Assembly: GCA_004563595.2 (NCBI GenBank)
Contig: CP042461.1
Span: forward strand, 30,001-62,000
Direction of reading: 5' to 3'
DNA length: 32,000 nucleotides
DNA from: Candidatus Saccharimonadota bacterium
GTDB lineage: Bacteria; Patescibacteriota; Gracilibacteria; BD1-5; UBA6164
The position numbers were made by a program, and so were the translations under genes. This document shows, piece by piece, positions 20,601 through 30,457 of the stretch (the first letter of the stretch is position 1; each line of letters opens with the position of its first letter). Below the pieces are notes generated by a model, which made no database searches, was not told the origin of the DNA, and was given only the letters and a program-made list of their open reading frames with translations.

Positions 20601-23600
20601 GAAAGATCAGTTTCAGTTAGAATGAAAGATTATTAGAGTGGAGAAATTTGATATGGATAATGATAAAATAACAGACCTTGTTATTTTAGATGACTCATGA
20701 GAGATCCATATATTTTATTGAACTTTAGGTTCTTGAAATCCAGAATTTAAAAAACTCCTTGTATCCGATTCTTATTGAATTAAATTAAGCTCTGAGATCA
20801 GAAGTGATAATGGTTTTATCTATTTTGATGGATTATCATCAGTTGAAAGTTCAGATGATTATAATGCAGACTTATTAAAAGATAATGAAGAATACCTTCG
20901 TGAATTACAAAAGAATATTAATTCTAATAGTCTTCCTCAAAATACGTCTAGTCAAGAGATAAATGAATGACTTGTGGATAAACTTATTTATGTGACTGCA
21001 TCATACTGAACATCAGATCAAGAAGACATCAGTACAGAGAGTGTCCTTTGAAATATAAATCTGACATCATCAGCTGAAACGAGTGATTCACTTGCTCTTA
21101 CAAATACTACCCTCAGTAATTTTATTAATTCAAATGATAGCTATGTAAGTCTTCCTGCTAGGCTTCCAATTACAAAACAAACATCGTTTATAAAAAGTGA
21201 TTATTCATCACTTGTCTGATTAGATGTGGAGAAGAAGTTTATAGATAGAAATGAAGGATTCTTAAAGTCTGATGATGTTGTGGATGTGGAGATCGTTTTA
21301 AAAAATACTTCAAATCAAATTGCAAACAATGTTGTATATTTAGAAAAACTAGATCAAATTTTTACTTTGAATACAGAAACTATTCGTGTATCTTCGGATG
21401 CAAATATAGCTTTTTGAGTCCCTTGATATGATTTTGTAATTGATAATTTTTCACTTGTTCCGGGTTGAACGATTACTATAAATTATGAAACAAAAACAAA
21501 AGCTTTGAAATACGGATATCTGAAAGTATGACTATTTGAAAAGGGTGAATTATGAGATGATTTTTATGGTGATATTATTATAAAAAAGAATAATCAAAAC
21601 TGTTCTCAGCCACAAACAATTTTAAAATCGCAAACCAAAAGAACATATACACAATGAGTAAAAGAAGTTTCATGTGATGAAAATAAAAATGCTCTTCCAG
21701 ATGAGATAGAAAAGAATACAGAAGATTCTGACAATAATGGTATACCAGATTATATAGATAATTTAACGGATCCAAACAACATTGACGCTCAAGCTGAGTA
21801 TGCAAAGAATGCACTTGCAGATGTAAACAAATGAGCAGTATCAGAATTTGATGATAGTCCGAATATTGTATGAGACTTATCAGAAATGAATGCAAATATA
21901 GATGAAACTCTGGACAAAGTTGATAATATACTCCAAGGATTTAGTTGTGGTTTTTGATGATGAGGGTGTATAGCAACACCTTTGAACTGGGCTCCACTAG
22001 CACCAGGTTGAGATCCAACATTATTTTGAGTTCCAGTATGAGACGGTTTACAAGTAGGAGAATGACTCCCGATTTTTTCAGCACTTACATGGTTCTGAAT
22101 ATGACCACTCTGTTTACCAATTGCAGTATGGCCTCCAAGTCCATTGTGACCAGGATGTTGAGCAACTCTATGAGCATGAGGGTATTTATGAACTATGAAT
22201 CCAACAAATTTTTTCAGACTGTTTATAACACCAACATTAACTTGATGAATGTGAACGGCAATGTGTTTTGGAGCTCCACCAATGCTTGCTTGATATGCAA
22301 ATATGCCATGACTGAGTCCTCTTTTACCTGGATGAAACTGTATTGTAACAGCTGCACCCCTAGGAACATGTAGTGACGATGGATCAGATTGATATGTTGC
22401 ATGAATTTGAGAATCAGATATTACAACAGGAAGCTTTGGATTAATCAACTGAAATTGTTCTCCTCAAGTATCAAAAAGCCAAACACTTGATTCGGAATTT
22501 GTACAAGATTATTTACAGTACAAAACAACAGGCTATAAATCAGATACGTTATTTGATAGATATAAAGAGTCTTTTACAAAAATTTCTGAAAATACAAATG
22601 GGAGAGGATGATTTTCTTCTGAACCCTTGTTAAGTATAAATTGAGAATGAAATGGAGACCAAGTTGATATAGCTATTGACTTTTCAGCAGGACAAGATTG
22701 AGACTTTTCTGATGTTTTACAAATACAGCAAACAAGAATTTCCCCTTTTCCAGATTTCTTGATGTGATGGGTAACGAGGCAAATTGAAGAGATTGTCACA
22801 AAATTAACAGATTTCCCAACTGTGTTTGTTATTCTTCCAGATTTACAATGAGTATTAGATTCAGGAATATTAGATGGGTGAGATAATAAAGCTGAAAATA
22901 GAGAGGATGCATTTGTTGTTAATAAAAATATAGCAAATATTACATGAACTGGTTGAATAAATACAGTAAATTCTTGAATAAAAGAAGCATATAATTATAT
23001 GTCTAATATTCCTCTGATTCAAATTGAACAAGAAGTTATTAATATAAGTGTTCCTTATCCAGAAGAGGAAAGTATAAATAGGACTCTGAAGTCTTGGGGG
23101 AATACAGTAGATAACTGGACAGATGAATTAGAAAGAGCAAAGTGAGCATGGACTTTATGAGCTTTCTGTAGCTGAACATGAGCAGAAAAATCAAGATGTG
23201 AACAAGAAAATGCTATCTGAGAAAAAATTCTTATCGATACTCAAGGTTTAATATCTTCTTTGGAAAGAAATATAGACGTACTGAATGATTATAAAACTTT
23301 CCCAGAAAAACTTGGAGAATTAGTAAATAAAAAACAAGATTATTTAGAACAAATTTTATGTAATGTTGAATCTATTTCATGAATTTTAGGTGGCCGGATT
23401 TGAAAAAATGGAAAAAGATTTAAAGCATGGGTTGAAGCATACGTACTTATAAAAGCAATTTTAAAATCTTGGCAAGTATTGATAGATGTTTTTATTGATT
23501 ATGAGGCAGAATGTCACGAATGTAAAAATGAGAGAGGTGACCTGATGACTTATATATGGAAACTCATTAGTGTAATTATTCCAAAAATACCAGTTATTCA

Positions 23601-26600
23601 ATTTCCTAAATGGCCAGACGTTATTATTGATTTACATAATATCCGTGCATCATTAAGTATTACCCTCCCAGAGTTTCAGTTTACAACCAGGCCAATATTA
23701 TTACCGACACTTCCTGATTTAATTTTACCAGATGTTCCAACGGTGAATATTACTCTTCCAGAGCTTCCCGTGCTCCCAACTTTGGAAATACCTGAGCTTC
23801 CGGATCTCCCAACTCTTCCAACGGTTGAGCTTCCAAACTTACCACCAGCACCTACTCTTCCAAAAATGTTTGCTTCTTTAGAATGAGTATTAGATATTCT
23901 CAAGTTAGTCACAAAAGCAATGTGTATTTTGAAAACAAGCCCATTTGTTCCAGAGTGGAGAGCTTGAGATCAAATCGCATTTTTGACAGAAAGGCAATGA
24001 TATCTCCCAACAGATTTTATAGATATTAATCTTCCTCAATTTTCATTTCCATTTGTTGATGCGATAAAAATTACCAGCTATGTAAATTTAGAATTTGAAA
24101 CAGATTTTATATTAGAACTGGCAAGGCAAGTTGCTATGCCTATTAATTGAGTTTGAAACAATTTCACACAGATGCTTGATATTGAGGTTTCAGATTTGGA
24201 TTTTTCAATTCTTCCATCAAGTGTTGATATAAATATCTGAAGTGAAGGAATAGAGGGAGATATTTCTCAAAATTCACAAAATAAAAAAGCTGCAATATTT
24301 GCAACTCTTGTTGTAAAGTGAATATGAGAACTATATTCATATCTTGAAACAAATAAAAATGAAACAGTTTCTAATGATGAGTTTAAACAATTGATTTTTA
24401 CAGCTTTATCATCAAAGAGTATAAGTTCAAATCCAAAGTTGGATAATTTGAGATCAGTATGGAAAGAAGTTGAAAGCATGACATATTCAAAAGAAGATAA
24501 GATCATTGAAGCACTTGAGAAAAATAACTTTAAAAAATTTGAATTATTAAAAGAAATACTCTCAACTGAAATACAAAAAACGAAAGAACAGGAGAAAAAC
24601 CTTCAAAAATTTATTGAGCCATCTTATATTACTCAAGTAGCATTTGAGCAATCAAGTGATGTAAAATATTACAATGAGAAGCTCAGAAAATATAATGAAA
24701 AATTTATCACTGCGGCAACGTCTCTTCAAGATGGAAATGGAAATGAACAGAGAAAAGAGTTGAAGCAAGAATGAGATAGGCTTCTCTCAAATATAAAGAC
24801 ACCACTCAGTCAATATGCGGAGTGATTTAATAATAATTCATTGTCAGCAGTAACGAGCACCGTACCAACAACAAGTTCTTCTACAAATAGTTGTAGTGCT
24901 CAGTCACAATCTGCATATCATTATAATTATAAAGGATTGTATGTTCTTGAGGATAATATCAGTTATAGACTCTTTGATTATTTGGATGAATTAGATGGAA
25001 ACGAAGTAAATACACTTATAGATTTTGATAATGATTCTGATGATGATCTTATCTATATGACAAATGGTCAGATTTTTATAAAAGAAAATTTAAATAATTC
25101 TCCAATAAAAAGAAAAACTTTATGATGACCTATAGTTATTGAGAGTGACGATAATAAATTTTATGATACAACTCTGAGTGAAGAACCAATCTTTTATGAA
25201 TCTGTAAATAACTTTGAGGAAGTATCAGTAGATAATAGCTCAATTAACATGAGATTTTCAAAAGCTGCTTATAACCACGGGAAAAACTATAGAGTGGAAT
25301 TTTATGATATCACTGATAAGTTTCTTCATATTTGAGATGATAGCTATTTTCCAAAAAAGAAAAAAAAGTATCTTATAGATGCATTTGCTAATAGAGATGA
25401 AATTACATATGTAAAAGAGAATGAGACCTATAAGACGAGTAAGAATTTAGCATATATAAAGAATATTTGAATCCTAAAAGGGATAAAATTACAGACAAAG
25501 AATTTAATTAATATCAAAGATAGCTTAGAGGAAGGAAAAATAGTGAATATATCTCCTCTTACGAAACTATATGCGTGAAGGTCTTCATTTGTACTAAAAT
25601 ATTTAGAAGAATGATCTCAAGAGCTTCAATGACTCGTAGTAGCAAAACATCAAAATATTGAGATGAAACAAGCTATTAAAGTAATATGAATTACTTGAGA
25701 TGCATATATAAAAGGAACAACAGATATATTTTTAGAATGAGAAGAAATAAGATGATATTTACATAAACCTCTTTTTGCTTGAACGTGAATAAAACATGAT
25801 TCATCTATTCATTTATCAGAGAAACCATATGTTGATATCATGTACTATGATGATACAGAAGTTTGATTAGACTTTAATGAAATAAATGATTATAAAATAT
25901 ATGACTTATGATCAAGTAATCAAGATTACTTGATCAACGTTTCAAGAGAGAATGACTACTATTACTCTAAGATAAGAACTTTTAAAGAATGAGTTTTTGG
26001 AACCTATTCAAAGCCAATACTTCTTTCTCCACAAAAAGAAGCGGATTCAAGCTCCCCAGAACTTTCTCTGTGAACTGTAATAAGAGTGCCTGTATATCAA
26101 AAAAAGATAATTGATATTACAGAAAATATATATGAGGATTCATGAATAAGAAATATAAATGAAGTACGTATCGACATGGACTTGAGTGTTGATAGTGATT
26201 GAGATGGGAATCCAAAAAATGATGCAGATAATATGACAAGCGATACAATAAATGTGGCACAAAGTCTTACAAGTATACAGATTGAATTCGGTGCATTTGA
26301 GACATTATTTAAAAGAAATATTTGAATTACTCTTGTAGATAATAATAACAATGCTTCATATACTGAAGCTCCGTTAGAAGTATATGCTCCTAATCCTGAG
26401 ATACAGTTATACAATAATAATATCATACAATGAAGCTTGGATGAAGAGCTTACAAATGAACCGGTTCATTTGTATAGATATAGATGATGAACTATTTCAA
26501 AACTTGAAAATATAGATGGTGAGGATATTTCATTAACGAATAATGGGATATACGATTTTGATATGAACATTGATTCAAAAAATTTACTTCTTACTCAGAA

Positions 26601-27111
26601 TGATCTAATTATCGCTGAAATAGATGAAAATACCTGAAAAATAGATATCAAAAATCCTCTTTCTCAAATAGAAGTACTTTCATCTAATGATATAAATAAT
26701 GATTCGGCGTATCCAAAAATGACCCTTCAGAAAGGTTGAGAAGATGTATATTATCAATATTTACAATTCTCTTCAGACACGAGTATACAAGTTGTGAGTA
26801 ACTTTGATGATTTAGATAATGAATGAATGTATGTACAATTTACGAATGGTACAGATTTTAATTATTATCAGATCCCTGAATGATCAGTGTACGCTCCATG
26901 ATCTCTGAGTATCTATAGAATAACAAATCCAAATAAAGATCCGTTATTTACTTTCTTCAAAGATGGTAGAATAAATACATGGAATGAATTCTATAGACTA
27001 GAATATTCTACATACGGGGACTATATAGTATTGAAGCTCATAGATAAAAACTTTAATAAAGAAGTTGCAAAGGTATTATTTAAAGTAGATTGAGAGTATG
27101 TAATGAAATAA
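14626..27111 (+). CDS. Giant secreted/cell-surface protein, 4161 aa (putative adhesin or host-interaction protein)
   Basis: With TGA=Gly, one uninterrupted frame runs from ATG 14626 to TAA 27109-27111, with no in-frame TAA/TAG in my manual read. Nine supplied ORF fragments are all in this frame (starts 14626, 14977, 15697, 16213, 17908, 21226, 23479, 24391, 24841). N-terminal hydrophobic signal/anchor MSYSKIQKFLSSLVLFSILFSITV. Internal Ig-like repeats, FG-GAP-like and Ca-binding motifs, a hydrophobic G/P/W/C module and an LP repeat. Terminator immediately downstream. Confidence 0.8.
23761..23859 (+). repeat. Three imperfect in-frame 33-nt tandem repeats (11-aa Leu-Pro units) inside the giant ORF
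   Basis: Units 23761-23793, 23794-23826 and 23827-23859 each begin GAGCTTCC. They encode ELPVLPTLEIP / ELPDLPTLPTV / ELPNLPPAPTL. Units 1 and 2 share 21/33 nt by my alignment. Degenerate LP-rich sequence extends upstream to about 23640. Confidence 0.8.
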
Positions 27112-27114
27112 AAA

Positions 27115-27144
27115 AGTTCCTTTCATTTGGAAGGAGCTTTTTTA
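27115..27144 (+). terminator. Rho-independent terminator of the giant ORF
   Basis: AGTTCCTT (27115-27122) pairs with AAGGAGCT (27131-27138), including one G-U wobble. 8-nt loop, then a T-run from 27139. Begins 4 nt after the stop codon. Confidence 0.6.
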
Positions 27145-27239
27145 TAAAATTGTTTTGCTTAATGTCAAAAATTTTATAGAATACGCTTGCTTCGTTAAGA
27201 GGTATACTTATAACTTGGTAAAAAGGAGAATTACCAAAT

Positions 27240-27695
27240 ATGAACAATAAGATCATATTGGCTATTACTATTAGTGTTTTATTTATTTCAAATTTACAGG
27301 CAGAGGCATTAGAGAAAAAGTCATTTGAGTTGGAGTGGTATTATGCTCCACAGCAAGTAAAAGCAATACAGAGTAGGATATTTTTCCATGATGAACAAAT
27401 AAATACTACAAGTACTACTATTTCTATTGAAAATAAATCGGATGAAACATTAGTTGGAGTTGCATATCGATTACTTCTTAAAAACCCGGATACTCAACCA
27501 TTGAGTGCTTCCTGTAATGATAATGAACCACGGAATATAGTTATTGATAAAAAAACTGGAGATAGTTACTTTGAACTTCCTATTGAAGGTTTACAAGTTG
27601 GTCATATTGTGATTTGCCAACTTAATTTTATAAGATCTACTATTCCTCCTTTCTATACGGTTCTTGTAGATGAGGGCGAGTTAATTGAGCCTTAG
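27240..27695 (+). CDS. Hypothetical secreted protein, 151 aa, no TGA codon
   Basis: Intact in the standard-code track. Signal peptide MNNKIILAITISVLFISNLQA/EA. Strong SD AGGAG at 27224-27228. Possible promoter TTGCTT (27187-27192), 16 nt, TATAAC (27209-27214). All 5 Gly are GGN. Has its own perfect terminator. No family recognised. Confidence 0.75.
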   Translation: MNNKIILAITISVLFISNLQAEALEKKSFELEWYYAPQQVKAIQSRIFFHDEQINTTSTTISIENKSDETLVGVAYRLLLKNPDTQPLSASCNDNEPRNIVIDKKTGDSYFELPIEGLQVGHIVICQLNFIRSTIPPFYTVLVDEGELIEP

Positions 27696-27704
27696 TTAAA
27701 ATAA

Positions 27705-27740
27705 AAACAGGTTGCTAGAAAGCAACCTGTTTATTTTTTG
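27705..27740. terminator. Bidirectional rho-independent terminator between convergent genes
   Basis: Perfect 10-bp stem ACAGGTTGCT (27707-27716) / AGCAACCTGT (27721-27730), loop AGAA. An A-run lies upstream and a T-run downstream, so it reads as a terminator on both strands. Sits between the stops at 27695 (+) and 27747 (-). Confidence 0.8.
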
Positions 27741-27746
27741 TAACTT

Positions 27747-30392
27747 TTATTTCAATACTTCTTTAAAATCAACTGTATTAGTGGGAGTATCGATTTCTAC
27801 TTTTTTATAATCTATAGTAGAGGTATTATCCATTTCAAACTTGATGATATTTGCATCGTTGACGTTGATATTAAAATAGATATTTTCATTATCTTTATTT
27901 CACCTTTGATCAACATCAATATTTAGGTTTCAAGTCACTTCAGTGACTGTATTATTTATTTCTTTTTGTTCCCAAGTTGAATAAGTATTTATATAAAACT
28001 TTTCATTAAAGTTTCATTGTATATCAATTCACCTTTCATATCTTTTATTATCTGATCATCAATCTTTCATAGCTTTTCCCACTATATTTGAATTTGCTTC
28101 AAAACAAGTAGAGAGTTTATATTTTTGATTTTTAATGCCATTTTTATCACTTCATACTTCATAAATATATCAAAACTTACATCCATTGATTTCAATGGCT
28201 CCTGAAGGATCTTTCGGAGTATTAGATAAGAACATAGAGGTGTTTTTATGAAAATTTTCTTTTGTTGGGTATTCACCATTATCTTGGTACGACTGTTCTA
28301 TAGCCGAAATAAGATGTAATACATCTGTTACTCTTACGGAGTCTCTTGCTTTTTCTATTTGAGTATTTTTGTCAAATATTGATGCAACTTTTGGATCAAT
28401 ACTAAAATTATTATTTAATATTAAGTAATCTTTTTCATATGATCAGTCAGTAGATATAGAGATGAAATCTTCTCACTTAGGAGTTTTTAAAACTGTAGTT
28501 CATGTAATTATTGTATTTTTTAGAGTCAGAGACGAATGAGCTGTTTCATATTCTTTTCCTGTCAGTTCATATTTATAAGTATCATAGTTATACTCTTTTT
28601 CTTTTGCAAATGATTTGAAATCAAGATCTAGGTCACTAAAATTTTTATTTGTAGTATGCCATACTCATTGAAGAGAAATATCTGATTTATAGTATTTTCC
28701 ATTATAATGATTTATAAAACTTATTTTTGGTTTTGAAAAATCAAATGAACCATCCAGATATTCAGTATTTGTTTTTAGGTCTGTTCAATCATAATTAATC
28801 ACTAGGTTTTGTAATTCATTTGAAGAATTTGTAGCTCATGATATGTTTCCAGAAACTTTTTTTGATGGAACATATGATCACTTCCTTGTATCATAATTAT
28901 ATTTATACTCTTTGTTGCTGTATTCAAAGTCTCATAAAATCTTTTTATTTTTTAAGTTCAGTGTTGTTTTTAATTCATTTTTTGAGCTTGAGATATTTCA
29001 CTTGTATTCGATCATTGTGAATTTATTATTTGAAAGAGTGGAAGTAAATATTATATCTGCTTCTCCTTTATTTGCATAAAAATCTATGTTCAGATGAGAA
29101 TTCTTTTTATAATCGAGTGTAAAGTTTTCATTTGGATATCTTGCTTGATCAGGAGAAATATTGATTGATGCTTCTTTGATATCAGAATCAGAGAATATGA
29201 TAAATCATTCAATATTATCAATTCATGTCTTTGTAATTCACTCAAAACCAAGTTTTGAGTATGTTCATAACTCTATATACATACTTCACGTTTTTGCGAA
29301 CTCTCTTAACATGTTGTTGTATTGTGAATCACTACATGTTCTTCCATTAAATGGATCAAATTTATTTGCAAGTTCTTTGAGGCTATCACATGCATATCTT
29401 GTAGGAGTCAGATAATATTTATCACCATCTTTTTTATATGCTTGAAACATAGGCTGAGATAAAATTTCTTTTCCATCAGCAAGAACTTTGTGAGGAGCCA
29501 GGCTTCTTAATATTTTCATTGCTTGTTCAGAATTTTTATCATTATATTTGATGTATTTATTCTCTTTTGCAATTTCTTCAAGCTTATCTAAAGTATCTTT
29601 AAAATTATCAATATTTTCTTCAGAAATTATATCAAGATCTTTTATTAATACATACATATTTCCATCTTTTGAAATGAAATCTAGAAAGTTTTTAAATTCT
29701 AACTTTATTGCGTCCTGTCATTTCGGCGCAGCATCTAATAATGCTGAGATATGTCATTCTACTTGAGAATCAAAATTCGATGCTTTTACTATGTAATCAT
29801 CAAGTTTAAATTCAGCTTTTATTGTTCAAATTTTTTCTTGGTCTATATCTAGATTCATTCTTAAATCACCTTTTGCTTCGTAGTTTGATAATTCTTCAAA
29901 ATCTTTTATCAGTTTTTCTAAGCCTTTTGTTCCTTTATTAAGAAGGTTTAGTTGAATTTTTACCAGTTTGTCATTTACTTTTTCTTGTTCACTTCTCGAT
30001 AGAGTAGATGTTTCAAATTCCTTTAATATAAGTTCAGTTGTATCATATTGTAATAGTGCAAGCTTAACTTTTGATGCAAGGTAGTTTACTATCTTGAGTG
30101 TTTTTTTTGCTTTGAGAGAATTATTTCATGATAGTTTTCATTGAGCGAGAGAAAGTCTCTTTGACAACTTTTGTAATTTTTTCTCACTTTTGCTGAGAGT
30201 AGCAATTACTGTATCTATACTTTTTATATATTTCTCTCCACGAGATATACTTTTTAAAGCAGTTCTTGATATATCCACTTTATTAATGAGAATAGTTTCT
30301 TCTAAAGAAGTCTCTGCATAGGCAAAAGAACCACTTTGAAAAATAAAAGCTATTAACAATAATGAAGTGAAACACTCCTTAATAATCTTCAT
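27747..30392 (-). CDS. Secreted protein, 881 aa, with a type IV pilin-like globular domain embedded near the C-terminus
   Basis: Minus-strand frame is open from ATG 30392 (alternative ATG 30422) to TAA at 27747-27749 with TGA=Gly. Track fragments 30138-30422(-) and 29286-29657(-) are in this frame. Signal peptide MKIIKECFTSLLLIAFIFQSGSFAYA/ETS. The N-terminal part is Lys/Glu/Leu-rich and helix-like. Residues encoded around 28080-28360 read ARDSVRVTDVLHLISAIEQSYQDNGEYP...SNTPKDPSGA...GCKFGYIYEV...YKLSTCFEANS...DGGSDNKRYERG. Confidence 0.8.
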
Positions 30393-30457
30393 AAAATAAG
30401 AGTTTAAAAAATAATAACCCATCTATTTTATTTTTTGTTGACCATTAATCAAATAAA

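Noticed and set aside
21789-22448. 219-aa minus-strand ORF and the overlapping 142-aa plus-strand ORF (21945-22373) from the supplied track. These are the longest standard-code ORFs in this part of the window.
   Set aside because: Both are artefacts of reading a UGA-dense stretch with the standard code. The true frame (positions = 1 mod 3, + strand) is continuous with the giant ORF on both sides and gives a coherent G/P/W/C-rich sequence. The antisense product is low-complexity (His/Gly/Ser-rich), has no start context, and lies wholly inside the giant gene.
23533-23541. An RGD tripeptide (NERGDL) in the giant protein, tempting as an integrin-binding motif alongside the FG-GAP-like repeats.
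   Set aside because: A single tripeptide is expected by chance in a 4161-aa protein, and no eukaryotic host context is evident.
23676-23912. 78-aa Gly/Ser-rich minus-strand ORF.
   Set aside because: It is the reverse complement of the Leu-Pro tandem repeat of the giant ORF. Its periodic G/S composition is just the complement of CCN/CTN codons.
25353-25367. A6-G-A8 homopolymer run (encoding KKKKK) inside the giant ORF, considered as a slipped-strand phase-variation switch.
   Set aside because: The tracts are short and interrupted, and A-runs are common in this AT-rich genome. It cannot be supported without population-level length variation.
28082-29766. Track ORFs 28082-28279(-), 28838-29020(+), 29161-29415(+) and 29548-29766(+).
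   Set aside because: They are off-frame or antisense to the continuous 881-aa minus-strand ORF, which is verified in frame from 30392/30422 to 27747.
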